From the IMG/VR virus record IMGVR_UViG_3300046744_000065, positions 1 to 40,001 of that record: a stretch of 40,001 nt of DNA; one strand, given 5' to 3'. This DNA comes from a virus. Taxonomy: Duplodnaviria > Caudoviricetes. Both the position numbers and the translations under genes were made by a program. This document shows, one piece after another, positions 1 to 9,818 of the stretch. The first letter of the stretch is position 1, and each line of letters opens with the position of its first letter. The notes under the pieces were generated by a model. The model was not told the origin of the DNA and ran no database searches. It saw only the letters and a program-made list of their open reading frames with translations.

Positions 1-1
1 A

Positions 2-2926
2 AATGAGTTTAGTGATTTAACTGATCCAAGGCAACAAGAAATACAAATGCAAGAAGCTATTCACAATGAAGCAAGAGCAAGATTTTTATCTGTAGAGTTG
101 AGATTTTTATCCAAATCAATGCAACCTGTACGTTATCAAGTTGCTGCTGCAAGGCAAGTAGCTAAAGAATTATTAGCTAAAAAAAGATTAAGAGATATTA
201 GACCCTCAAGATTTAGTAGAAACGAAACTAAAGCTGCAAAAAATGTAGAAGCAGCTATGAAAAAAGCTGATACGTTAGAAGCAATAAAAGCAAAAAAATC
301 ACAGTTATTAAACAATCAATTAGCTAAAGAATCATTAGAAATAATAAAACAATTTGATAACGCAACTAAATTATTTAGAAGCGTATTTCAAACAGATAAA
401 ACATTAGATAAGAAAAATTTTAATACTGATTTAGTTAATGTCGCAAAATCTATTTTAGCTGCTTATGGATTTGGACCTGCTGTTGATAAACCATCACAAT
501 ATACAGAAAAATTACAAGCATATAATCCTGATATGTTTGAACAATTACGTCCGTTAATAGAGGATTTAACTAGAGAAAGTAATCAAGATATTAAAAATTT
601 AACTTACGAAAAATTTGAAACTGTATACGAAACAATACAAACATTAATGTTTCAAGCAAGACGAGATAAGCAAGTTGAAATAGATGGCAAAATATTAGAT
701 TTAGAAGTGCCTGTAAATGAGTTATTGGAAACAATGGCAAGAATGGAAACACCTGATCCAGTAGGAGCTACAGAGTCACCAAGCACTAGAACAAGATTTG
801 CTAGAGCAATGCAACAAGGTAAATCAATGTTAAGACGTATAGAACATTGGGCAGATGGTATGGATGGTGCAACCAAAACTGGTAAAGGTTTAATTGGTAG
901 TGTTGTTTTAGAACGTGATGAAATCCAAGCTGGTCCATTTACAAGATATATTTGGCGGCCAGTAAAAAATGCCCTAAATAAATACAGAATAGAAAGATCA
1001 AATTACACTAAACGCTATTCACAAATGATAAGTAAATTAGATTTAGGTCAAGGTCTTATTACATCTGGAGAATTAGGGTTTACATTTGGTAATGCAAATG
1101 GTCAATACGGTAAAGTCGAAATTCTTGGTGCTATGTTGCATACAGGAAATACAAGTAACTTAAGGAAATTATTATTAGGTCGAGGTTGGGGTGATATTAA
1201 TGAAGACGGTTCATTAAATACAAGTAGATGGGATACTTTTGTAGATCGCATGATTAATGACGGAATTTTGACTAATGAAGATTTTGTGTTTTTACAAGAA
1301 GTCTGGGATTTAAACGAAGAAATAAAACCACTAATACAACAAGCTCATAGAAAAATTTATGGATATTATTTTAAAGAAGTAGAAGCAACACCTACAGTTA
1401 ACAGGTTTGGGTCATTTAGAGGTGGTTACGTTCCAGCCAAAACAAGTCCTTTTTTAGTTGCTAATACAGAATCAAAAGCAAAATTAGAAGATTTAAGAAA
1501 TGAATTTAGACAATCATTGCCTTCTACTGGTAATGGTTTTACTCAAGAACGTGTGGAATATAACAAGCCATTATCATTAGATTTACGATTAATGACTAAG
1601 CATATTGACGATACGATACGGTTTGCGTTTGTACAACCTGCAATAGAAGATGTATTTAAAATTTTAAAAAATAAAGATGTATCTACACGTTTGCAAGAAA
1701 TAGATCCAACAATTATGGACGATGCATTAATGCCTTGGCTTAATCGTTCTGCTAGGCAAACAACTATGGTTGCAGGTCGGTTTAAAGGATTTGATAAGTT
1801 TTGGACAAAAGTTAGAGCCAGTACTGGTGTTGGGATTATGTTTGCAAATATAAGAAATGGATTGCAACAATTTACTGGATATTTCCCTGCAATGATAAAA
1901 GTAGGACCGTCATATTTAAAAAATTCATTAGCTCAATATGTACAAAACCCAATGCAATTTCAAGAAGAAATAGCAGAACTATCACCTTTTATGAAAGAAC
2001 GTCAGTTTAACCAAATATTTGATGTGCAAGATACGTTAAATCAATTATTAATAAATCCAAATCAATATCAAAAAATTCAAAAATGGGCAGAAAGGCACGG
2101 ATATTTTATGCAACAAGCATTTCAAAATCAAGTTGATACTGTAGTCTGGTCTGCTACTTATAACAAAGTTTTAACAGAAAGCCCAAAAACAATGTCTGAA
2201 ATTGATGTACAAAAAGAAGCTATACAACAAGCAGATGCAAATGTGCGTTTAACACAAGATAGTTTACAGGCAGAAGATTTAGCAGCATTTCAAGTTGGGT
2301 CACCTTTTTATAAAACTATGGTTCAATTTGGTGGATATTTTAATATGATTGCAAATTTAAATGCAACACAATATAAAAAATTATTTAAAGATTTAGGATG
2401 GCGAGGAACAAAAGGGCAATTGTTTATGACATATTTATTAGGTTTTGCTTTACCGGCATTTGTTGCAGATTTAATTGTAAGAGCAACAGGTGGTGATCTT
2501 GATGATGAAGACGAAGATGGTTATTTAGATGATGTCGCAGGTTGGTTTTTTAATTCACAATTTAGGTCTGCATTAGCTTTAGTACCTTTTGGGAATATTG
2601 CAATTGTTCCATTTAATTCATTTAACGATTTACCATATGATGACAGGATGACTCTTAGCCCATCTATTTCAACATTAGAAGCATCAACTGTTGGTACTGC
2701 TAGAACTCTTATCAATGTTGCAGATCCTGATAAAGAACTTACAGGAAAAAATGTGAGAGATATATTATCATTAATGACTTTAATTACTGGTATACCATTT
2801 ACATCTATAGGCCGTCCAATTAGTGTTCAGTTCGATATTAATAGAGGTGTTATAGAGCCGGAAAATACACCAGACTATATAAGATCATTAATAACAGGTA
2901 AAGCTAGTCGCAAGAGTCGGGAGTAA
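2..2926 (+). CDS. C-terminal part of large internal virion (ejection) protein, 5'-truncated by window edge
   Basis: Frame is open from position 2 (NEFSDLTDPRQQEIQ) into the ATG at 47. Helical protein with a hydrophobic segment near the C-terminus (LFMTYLLGFALPAFVADLIV), directly upstream of tail fibres. Probably the continuation of the ORF starting at 34768. Confidence 0.75.
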   Translation, partial: NEFSDLTDPRQQEIQMQEAIHNEARARFLSVELRFLSKSMQPVRYQVAAARQVAKELLAKKRLRDIRPSRFSRNETKAAKNVEAAMKKADTLEAIKAKKSQLLNNQLAKESLEIIKQFDNATKLFRSVFQTDKTLDKKNFNTDLVNVAKSILAAYGFGPAVDKPSQYTEKLQAYNPDMFEQLRPLIEDLTRESNQDIKNLTYEKFETVYETIQTLMFQARRDKQVEIDGKILDLEVPVNELLETMARMETPDPVGATESPSTRTRFARAMQQGKSMLRRIEHWADGMDGATKTGKGLIGSVVLERDEIQAGPFTRYIWRPVKNALNKYRIERSNYTKRYSQMISKLDLGQGLITSGELGFTFGNANGQYGKVEILGAMLHTGNTSNLRKLLLGRGWGDINEDGSLNTSRWDTFVDRMINDGILTNEDFVFLQEVWDLNEEIKPLIQQAHRKIYGYYFKEVEATPTVNRFGSFRGGYVPAKTSPFLVANTESKAKLEDLRNEFRQSLPSTGNGFTQERVEYNKPLSLDLRLMTKHIDDTIRFAFVQPAIEDVFKILKNKDVSTRLQEIDPTIMDDALMPWLNRSARQTTMVAGRFKGFDKFWTKVRASTGVGIMFANIRNGLQQFTGYFPAMIKVGPSYLKNSLAQYVQNPMQFQEEIAELSPFMKERQFNQIFDVQDTLNQLLINPNQYQKIQKWAERHGYFMQQAFQNQVDTVVWSATYNKVLTESPKTMSEIDVQKEAIQQADANVRLTQDSLQAEDLAAFQVGSPFYKTMVQFGGYFNMIANLNATQYKKLFKDLGWRGTKGQLFMTYLLGFALPAFVADLIVRATGGDLDDEDEDGYLDDVAGWFFNSQFRSALALVPFGNIAIVPFNSFNDLPYDDRMTLSPSISTLEASTVGTARTLINVADPDKELTGKNVRDILSLMTLITGIPFTSIGRPISVQFDINRGVIEPENTPDYIRSLITGKASRKSRE

Positions 2927-2929
2927 AAG

Positions 2930-2963
2930 GTGTGACCGTAATACAAAGATTTAAAGCTAACCT
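2930..2963 (+). promoter_or_regulatory. Putative late promoter, copy 1 (GTGTGACCGTAA-N16-TAACCT)
   Basis: Exact 12-mer found four times, each with a TANNNT hexamer 16 nt downstream; intergenic, upstream of tail fibre genes. Confidence 0.75.
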
Positions 2964-2990
2964 TAATAAGATAGTGAGAATGTCTATTTA

Positions 2991-4730
2991 ATGACAATAA
3001 ATTCGACTACAAGAAAGACGAATGCGTTAGTTGGTAATGGTAATACTGCTACATATCCTTTTGCGTTTAAAGTTTTTACAGACGCTGATGTTGTTGTAAA
3101 AAAATTAGAAACCGCAACAAGTATAGAAACCACATTAACTCTTGGGGCAAGTAATGATTATATAGTTACTTTAAACTCTGACCAAAACGGAAATCCCGGT
3201 GGAAGCATAACTTTAAGGTCTGGAGGTAGTGATCAAAATTTAGCAAGTGGTTTTCAAATTGTTATTACTTCTGCTTTAACACCATTACAAGGTACAGACT
3301 TAACTAACCAAGGTGGTTTTTATCCAGAAGTTATTAATGATGCATTAGATAAATCAGTAATTTTACATCAACAGCAACAAGATGAATTAGATAGGTCTAT
3401 AAAATTTTCATTAACCAATGTTATTGGAAGTCTAGAAATAACAGAAAACGCAGCTAATCGTGCAAATAAAGTTTTAGGTTTTGATAATTTAGGTGAGTTT
3501 GAAGTATTAAAAGAATTAGGAACATATAGAGGTGATTGGGCTGCCAGTACTGCATATGCAGTAAGAGATCTTGTAAAGGACACATCAACAAATAATATTT
3601 TCTTTTGTAATACAGCACATACATCATCTGGCTCACAACCATTAACAACTAATACTAACTCTGCTAACTGGGATCTTATTGTAGACGCAGCGTCAGCAAC
3701 TACTGCACAAAACAATGCAGCATCATCAGCTACAGCATCTGCAAACTCTGCAACAGCAGCAGCTAATAGTGCAACAGCAGCAGCAACTAGTGAAAGCAAT
3801 GCATCAACTTCCGCATCTACTGCCACTACTAAAGCTTCCCAAGCAGATACTGCAAAGACCGCAGCAGAAACTGCTAAGACGGCTGCTGAAACAGCACAGA
3901 CGGCAGCAGAAACTGCATTAGATACTTTTGATGATAGATATTTAGGAGCAAAGACTTCAGACCCTGCTACAGATAATGACGGCAATGCATTAATAGATGG
4001 AGCGTTATATTTCAACACAACCAGTAATATTACTAAAGTTTATGATTTAGCTTCAACATCTTGGTTAGCTTTAAATATAACAGGAAGTGATTTAACTAAT
4101 ACAAATACAGTTGCGGCTGCAATAGCTAATGTAAACAATGTTGGTGGTTCTATAGCAAACGTTAATACCGTAGCAACTAACATATCAAATGTTAATACGG
4201 TTGCAGCAGACATAGCTAAAGTCGTAACCGTAGCAAACGATTTAAATGAAACAGTTTCTGAAATAGAAACAGCAGCAGCAGATTTACAAGAAACAACTTC
4301 TGAAATTGATACTGTTGCTAACAGCATTACAAACGTAGATCTTGTTGGTAATAATATTGGAAATATAAATGCTTTAGGTCAAGTTTTAGCAGGTCAAACA
4401 ACATATGCAGTTACTGTATCAGGTGGAGTATTTTATATTGATGGAGTTTCCGCACCAACTTTAAATTTAATTAAAGGATATACATATATATTTAATCAAG
4501 CAGACAACACAAATAATAATCATCCATTAGCTTTTAAAGATTCAAGTGGTAATACATATACAACTGGAGTAACAGTAAACGGTACGGCAGGTCAAGCCGG
4601 TGCAAATGTAACTTTTGTTGTACCTGCAAATGCACCATCATCATTACGTTATTACTGCACAGTACATGGTAATGGCATGGGTAATACTATTGCTGTTGGC
4701 GATGACAACATAGGAGTTGTAGCAATGTAA
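2991..4730 (+). CDS. Tail fibre protein, N-terminal part (frameshifted near 4724)
   Basis: N-terminus of the T7 gp17-like tail-attachment type (GNGNTATYPFAFKVF...LDKSVILHQQ), Ala/Thr/Ser coiled-coil repeats, 10-aa IANVNTVA repeats and a cupredoxin-like insert. Confidence 0.85.
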   Translation: MTINSTTRKTNALVGNGNTATYPFAFKVFTDADVVVKKLETATSIETTLTLGASNDYIVTLNSDQNGNPGGSITLRSGGSDQNLASGFQIVITSALTPLQGTDLTNQGGFYPEVINDALDKSVILHQQQQDELDRSIKFSLTNVIGSLEITENAANRANKVLGFDNLGEFEVLKELGTYRGDWAASTAYAVRDLVKDTSTNNIFFCNTAHTSSGSQPLTTNTNSANWDLIVDAASATTAQNNAASSATASANSATAAANSATAAATSESNASTSASTATTKASQADTAKTAAETAKTAAETAQTAAETALDTFDDRYLGAKTSDPATDNDGNALIDGALYFNTTSNITKVYDLASTSWLALNITGSDLTNTNTVAAAIANVNNVGGSIANVNTVATNISNVNTVAADIAKVVTVANDLNETVSEIETAAADLQETTSEIDTVANSITNVDLVGNNIGNINALGQVLAGQTTYAVTVSGGVFYIDGVSAPTLNLIKGYTYIFNQADNTNNNHPLAFKDSSGNTYTTGVTVNGTAGQAGANVTFVVPANAPSSLRYYCTVHGNGMGNTIAVGDDNIGVVAM

Positions 4731-5584
4731 ATACTGTTGCAGGTGGTATTGCTAACGTTAATAATGTTGGCGGTAGTATTGCTAATGTCAATTCTGTTGC
4801 AAGTAATATTAGTGGTATAAATGATTTTGCAGCTAGATATAGAGTTGGTCCTACTAATCCAACAACTGATCTTGATAACGGTGATTTATTTTATAATACA
4901 AATTTAGGTAAATTACTTGTATATAATTCAACTGCTAGTGCATGGGAAGAAACACAAACTATTGGTAGTTTCTTTATAAATACTATTAGTCAATTTACTG
5001 GTACTGGTGGTAATAGTGCCACATTTAACGGTGCTGCATATAAATTTACTTTAAGCAATGCAGGTCAATTTGCACAGCAAATGCTTGTAAGTATTGCAGG
5101 TGTTATACAAAAACCAAATAGTGGGTCAAGTCAACCAGCAGAAGGTTTTGCTATTAGTGGTAGTGAAATTATTTTTGCTGCCCCTCCACCTGCTGGTGCG
5201 GATTATTTTATTATTACAATTGGTGCGACAGTAAGTATTGGAACACCAAGTGCAGGTTCAGTTGGAACTACAGAATTAGCAGATGAGTCAGTTACGTTAG
5301 CTAAATTAGAGCATGGATCACCGTCTACTGACGGTAAATTCTTAAGGTCTAATAATGGTGCAGATCCATCATATGAAGCTGCATCTTCTCCTGAGATATA
5401 TGGTTTTAATACTGACACAGATCCTACAAGTAATACTTTTGGGCATCTAATAGTAACCACAACAAACGGTGGTGTGGACAATATATCTGGGGCAGTTTAT
5501 GATGCATTTGAAGATGTAATATATGCTGCTACAGGTTTCACTTTCACCAAAAATGCAAGTGGTAATTTAATCGCAACTATTTAA
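4724..5584 (+). CDS. Tail fibre protein, C-terminal part (continuation in the -1 frame)
   Basis: Frame is open from 4706 to 5584. From 4724 it reads NVNTVAGGIANVNNVGGSIANVNSVA, the same repeat as upstream, and runs into the listed ORF 5081-5584. Confidence 0.75.
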   Translation, partial: NVNTVAGGIANVNNVGGSIANVNSVASNISGINDFAARYRVGPTNPTTDLDNGDLFYNTNLGKLLVYNSTASAWEETQTIGSFFINTISQFTGTGGNSATFNGAAYKFTLSNAGQFAQQMLVSIAGVIQKPNSGSSQPAEGFAISGSEIIFAAPPPAGADYFIITIGATVSIGTPSAGSVGTTELADESVTLAKLEHGSPSTDGKFLRSNNGADPSYEAASSPEIYGFNTDTDPTSNTFGHLIVTTTNGGVDNISGAVYDAFEDVIYAATGFTFTKNASGNLIATI

Positions 5585-5586
5585 TT

Positions 5587-6270
5587 ATGGCAACTATTGA
5601 TCTAGGCAAAATTAAACTGGTCTGGCGAGGTACTTACAATAACTCTACTGCTTATACAGTTGATGATCTTGTAGCCTACACAGACTCAGGTATAACATCA
5701 ACGTATGTTTGCGTTGTAAATTCTACAGGTAACGCACCATCTAGTAGTGGCACAGCACACGCAAGTTGGAACTTTGTAGCAAAAGGTGTGGCAGATCCTA
5801 TACCTTCTCAATCTGGCCATGCAGGTAAATTTTTAAAAACAGATGGATCAGCAATATCGTTTGCAAGTGTAGAAGCATTTGTATCTGGCATGATATTAAT
5901 CTGGTCAGGTGCAGCAAACGCTATACCAACTGGTTGGGTTTTATGTGATGGATCAAATAGTACACCAAACTTAGCTGGTAAATTTGTTGTTGGTTATGAA
6001 TCAGGTAATAGTGAATACGCTGTAAATCAGACAGGTGGTGCAGAGACAGTAACTCTATCAGAAGCAAATATGCCGGCTCACACTCACACAGCAACTACAA
6101 AAGGTACTTCTGGAAGTCACTCTTGGACGCAATTTGGTGCAGGTAGAAACGATTGGAACTACCCCGGTGAAAACACCAGAGGATCGGCAACTACAGCTAG
6201 TACTGGTGGTGGTACTGCACACGAAAACAGACCTCCATACTATGCCCTTTGCTACATTATGAAATCTTAA
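5587..6270 (+). CDS. Tail fibre protein with tail-collar domain
   Basis: GMILIWSG...IPTGWVLCDG...TPNL.GKF collar motif, HTH fibre motif, C-terminal HENRPPYYALCYIMK. Confidence 0.85.
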   Translation: MATIDLGKIKLVWRGTYNNSTAYTVDDLVAYTDSGITSTYVCVVNSTGNAPSSSGTAHASWNFVAKGVADPIPSQSGHAGKFLKTDGSAISFASVEAFVSGMILIWSGAANAIPTGWVLCDGSNSTPNLAGKFVVGYESGNSEYAVNQTGGAETVTLSEANMPAHTHTATTKGTSGSHSWTQFGAGRNDWNYPGENTRGSATTASTGGGTAHENRPPYYALCYIMKS

Positions 6271-6272
6271 TC

Positions 6273-6539
6273 ATGAAATTTAATTGGAAACTTGCAAGAC
6301 TTTATCTTTACCCTTGCGAATACGACATTATCGCAGCTAACTATCCTTATGCATCAGGTGGTGATGCTACAAAAAAGGCTGCAATAGATGCACACATTGC
6401 ATTAGTAAATACTGCAATACCAGAAGATTCTACTGAGTATACAGAAGCAGAACTTTATGCAAAATTTGAAACAATAAAAGATGATTCTGCATTTATAAAA
6501 ATGAATGATAACAATTATTGGTACAAAAACATTTATTAA
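6273..6539 (+). CDS. Small protein, possible tail fibre assembly chaperone
   Basis: ATG 2 nt after the upstream stop; lies between fibre genes. Function inferred from position only. Confidence 0.5.
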   Translation: MKFNWKLARLYLYPCEYDIIAANYPYASGGDATKKAAIDAHIALVNTAIPEDSTEYTEAELYAKFETIKDDSAFIKMNDNNYWYKNIY

Positions 6540-6543
6540 TTAA

Positions 6544-8001
6544 ATGGCATTAACTAAAATTTCTACTGATGGTGTAAAGGATGATGCTATAACAAAAGCA
6601 AAAATCCCTGCGGATCAAATAGAAGCTAGTGAACTAGCTAATAATGCGGTTGATACTAATGCTATACAAGACGATGCCGTAACGGAAGATAAATTAGCTA
6701 ACTCTATCAACACGGCTATAGCAGCAAACACAGCAAAAGATTTAACAGCTTTAAGTGCTAGTAACCTTACGTCAGGTACAGTTCCAGATGCAAGAATTTC
6801 TGCAAGTAGTGTTACTCAACACGCTTCGTCATTTGATGATAACAATATTATTAACGATATATCAGCATTAGCTTTAAAAATTAACGCTGTACAAAACGCT
6901 TCAAGATATAATACTAATTCTATGTCTATAGAAACTTTTGAAGATTCTAATGGGATAGCTTCGTTTACTACAATGGGAAGAGACGCAACAGGTGAATACA
7001 TATCTTCTATTTATAATGCAGTTACAAATCTTAGTTCTGGTTTGACAGGTGGAGGAGGTCGTAACATGGGACAAGATGCTGTAGCTAGTGGTTCTGGAAC
7101 TCCAAGTGCTACTTCATACACAGGTATTGATGGAGTCTCAAGATCTTATGGAAAGTTTGAACGAATAGGAAGTGCAGATGCTACTCCCGGATATAACGGA
7201 TTTGCTTATGGTCACATTTTTGGAGCATCAGATAATTTTGAAGTTATTTTAGCTCAACGAGGAGAGTGGCAAGCTGCTGCTCGTATATATAATGTAAGTG
7301 GTAATAGTATGGGTGCTGTAGGAACGTTTAAAAGCGAACCACCACAAGGTAGTCCTTCACAAACTTTCTCAAGTTATCAAAGTGGTTTTGACTACAATGG
7401 TGTTTACCCTACCCCTGCTGGAAGTGAAGTATCTAATCGTACTATTTTTTATAGATTTTTTAGAGAAAATAATACTTTCCAATGTTCATATACTTTTTCA
7501 ATAAGTGATATAACTTTTGGTTCAACAGAGCTTGCAGCCTTAAGAGCATCTACAGATTATATTTCAACCTTTGGTAGCCCGACAACAATTAATTCTCAGA
7601 TGATTGTAATAATGGGAGACGCTGGTAGTACAGATTTCTTACGAATTGAAATGGCAAATACGTTTGCCGAAACAGTTAGTGCTACAGGTACAGCTATTAG
7701 TAATGTAGTAACAGCATCAAGTTCCACAAATAAAATGGGTGTTGTTGTAACTTATATAGATGCTCATGGAACTACAACTTTAAACACAGATCTAAAATTA
7801 TTTTTATCAGCAGATAATGGTTCCAACTTTACTGAAGTAACATTAGTTGCACAACCTAATTTTGCTACAGGTACAAAGATGGCACTAGCAAATGACGTTA
7901 CTGTAACTGCTGGAACGCAACTTAAATATAAAATTCAATTAGCTAACCAAGCAGCTAACTCTAAAGTAGTACGAGTTACTGGTGTATCAATGCAATACTA
8001 A
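6544..8001 (+). CDS. Tail fibre/spike (receptor-binding) protein
   Basis: MALTKI...DDAITKAKI/DDAVTEDKLA repeats typical of marine phage fibres, followed by a Gly/Ser/Thr-rich beta-type region. Confidence 0.75.
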   Translation: MALTKISTDGVKDDAITKAKIPADQIEASELANNAVDTNAIQDDAVTEDKLANSINTAIAANTAKDLTALSASNLTSGTVPDARISASSVTQHASSFDDNNIINDISALALKINAVQNASRYNTNSMSIETFEDSNGIASFTTMGRDATGEYISSIYNAVTNLSSGLTGGGGRNMGQDAVASGSGTPSATSYTGIDGVSRSYGKFERIGSADATPGYNGFAYGHIFGASDNFEVILAQRGEWQAAARIYNVSGNSMGAVGTFKSEPPQGSPSQTFSSYQSGFDYNGVYPTPAGSEVSNRTIFYRFFRENNTFQCSYTFSISDITFGSTELAALRASTDYISTFGSPTTINSQMIVIMGDAGSTDFLRIEMANTFAETVSATGTAISNVVTASSSTNKMGVVVTYIDAHGTTTLNTDLKLFLSADNGSNFTEVTLVAQPNFATGTKMALANDVTVTAGTQLKYKIQLANQAANSKVVRVTGVSMQY

Positions 8002-8129
8002 TTTACTTTTTCCATTTGCCTAGTCATCATTCCACCTATTAAATACAATGGTATAACGGTTGGCAGAATTATAAGGAAAGATATAATACTTACATGACCT
8101 ATAGCTTTTAATACTGCTTCTTTTACCAT
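7998..8129 (-). CDS. Small antisense membrane peptide (43 aa)
   Basis: MVKEAVLKAIGHVSIISFLIILPTVIPLYLIGGMMTRQMEKVN exactly fills the gap between two plus-strand genes; one long hydrophobic stretch. Confidence 0.5.
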   Translation of the reverse strand: MVKEAVLKAIGHVSIISFLIILPTVIPLYLIGGMMTRQMEKVN

Positions 8130-8367
8130 GAGAAAAATCCTTGACGGTTTAACTATTTTAACCACGATCCTAACTTTAGGCATCGTTGGTACAGGATTCT
8201 ATACATACAAATTTGTACAAAGTCCTCAGTTCCAAAAAAAAATTATGGATAAAGTACTTGGCGAAGTCCAAGGATTAATGCCAGATGTACTTGGCAATGC
8301 ACTACCTGATGTGACAGGGGAGTCTATGCCTGTACCTGTTAAACCTACTCTTCCAAAAATGTTCTAA
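8128..8367 (+). CDS. Small protein with N-terminal TM helix and Pro-rich tail
   Basis: LTILTTILTLGIVGTGFYTY hydrophobic helix; type commonly seen in cyanophages (from recollection). Confidence 0.7.
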   Translation: MRKILDGLTILTTILTLGIVGTGFYTYKFVQSPQFQKKIMDKVLGEVQGLMPDVLGNALPDVTGESMPVPVKPTLPKMF

Positions 8368-8991
8368 GTGCCAGATATTAAGTTACCTGAGATAACTCTT
8401 CCAACAATTGATATCCCAGATACTCCATATTTTACTAGACCAAAACTAGAGGGCAAGCTACCCGGATGTTATTTATATCACCGTGATTTAGAAACTACAC
8501 GCAATCCGTCTTTGCTTATTTCTGACAAGTCAGGTACATACACTTCATGTCCGTATGGCCAGATGCCTTCATATACTCCTATGAGGTACGACCCTGCCCA
8601 AGCAATAAATACAGAACCAGTACCAGTTAACACCGCTCCTACTCCCACACAGGACACAAACGTAGTACAACCAAAGCCAAAGGAAGAAAAGAAAGTAACA
8701 TACGAACCTTGCCCACCAGAGGGTGCGTTAAGAGTAGGTTCATTTGTTAATGATAAAAGGCTCGAGATAATTAAAAGTTATACTATAAATGAGAACAACG
8801 AATGCATTACTAATTATGAAAGTATCTCGTTTGTCGATTCCGTACTACCAAGTCCTTCTGCTGCACTTAATGTTGTTGCTATTTCTCTCTTGGCTGCCAG
8901 TTCTCCTTTACTTTTGGGGCTATTAAAATCAATTAGTAAGACCGTCTTTAAAAAAGTTTTAACCAAAAAAGAGCCAAAATCAAAGGTATAA
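8368..8991 (+). CDS. Pro-rich, Cys-containing protein with C-terminal TM segment
   Basis: GTG start abutting the previous stop; 4 Cys; hydrophobic AALNVVAISLLAASSPLLLGLL followed by a basic tail. Confidence 0.7.
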   Translation: MPDIKLPEITLPTIDIPDTPYFTRPKLEGKLPGCYLYHRDLETTRNPSLLISDKSGTYTSCPYGQMPSYTPMRYDPAQAINTEPVPVNTAPTPTQDTNVVQPKPKEEKKVTYEPCPPEGALRVGSFVNDKRLEIIKSYTINENNECITNYESISFVDSVLPSPSAALNVVAISLLAASSPLLLGLLKSISKTVFKKVLTKKEPKSKV

Positions 8992-9038
8992 ACATAAGCA
9001 AAGAATTTTACAAAGCCTTTACAAGCGATTTAAATGGC

Positions 9039-9818
9039 CTACTTTTTATCAATTTTGTGTGTATGTGGCACAACTTGATTAGGAATTGTCGTAAGTACAA
9101 CATTCTTACAGGCAACTGCATCTTCGTTTATCAGTTGTACTCCAAGTTTAAATTGCTCGGCACATATCTTCATACGAGCCAAATTTGCTTCTAATTTCTG
9201 TTTAGCTAATACAAACTCTTGTCCTTTTATTTGATTTTCGGCTGCCTTCATGCAAAGATCTGTACCACGACCCAATGGTATCTGTAGAGATAAGGTAAAC
9301 CCATAATTAAAATTGTGTGTTGATTGATCTATCCTTGGCTGTTCACTTTGATAAAGAATATTTCCGGGATTTACTAATGTGCCATCAGCATTTTCTGCAA
9401 GGTCATATATATTTGTTTTGGTTGTAGTCATTCTAGGTGAGCTATAGTTTTCTCCTTTAGTAACAAAGGGAGTAAAGGCTACAGTTGGTTGTTGGCATTG
9501 TATATTTCCTCCATAAATCATGGTTGGAAAACCACCATTTATAGTTTGATATCCATTATTGATAACGGTTCCAGAACTGGATGCGGATGGCGATGAAACC
9601 GTATTACCACTAGCTTTTGGGGCAAATCCTAATAATAAAAGTAAACTTAATTTGAAAAGATACTTAAACTTGTACTTTGACTCTCTGTATTTATAGTGCG
9701 TTGGATGGTGCTTGTTGCATCTAATCCGGGTGCAAGAAAATTTTCTGTAATTGAAAAAGATTCTCCGGGAGTTTTGATTTCCCATTGGGGCTTGGTCGTT
9801 AAGCTTGGAGTTACCCAT
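9039..9818 (-). CDS. Exported protein with beta-hairpin plus long helix (half-TolC/OEP-like); start uncertain
   Basis: Signal-peptide-like KLSLLLLLGFAPKASG at aa 56-71; PTVAFTPFV and NYGFTLSLQIPLG strands followed by an amphipathic helix; 4 Cys in the mature part. Confidence 0.6.
   Translation of the reverse strand: MGNSKLNDQAPMGNQNSRRIFFNYRKFSCTRIRCNKHHPTHYKYRESKYKFKYLFKLSLLLLLGFAPKASGNTVSSPSASSSGTVINNGYQTINGGFPTMIYGGNIQCQQPTVAFTPFVTKGENYSSPRMTTTKTNIYDLAENADGTLVNPGNILYQSEQPRIDQSTHNFNYGFTLSLQIPLGRGTDLCMKAAENQIKGQEFVLAKQKLEANLARMKICAEQFKLGVQLINEDAVACKNVVLTTIPNQVVPHTHKIDKK

Noticed and set aside
3368-4327. Long minus-strand ORFs (216 aa, 95 aa) opposite the tail fibre
   Set aside because: Shadow frames of Ala/Thr/Ser-rich repeats (GCA/ACT codons); no RBS and no independent signal.
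3690-4330. Tandem-like repeats as a possible CRISPR array or VNTR
   Set aside because: Degenerate at the DNA level and in frame; they encode KTAAETA and IANVNTVA coiled-coil repeats, with no repeat-spacer structure.
2991-8001. Diversity-generating retroelement, expected from the BPP-1-like virion genes
   Set aside because: No reverse transcriptase ORF, and I saw no template/variable repeat pair differing at adenines.
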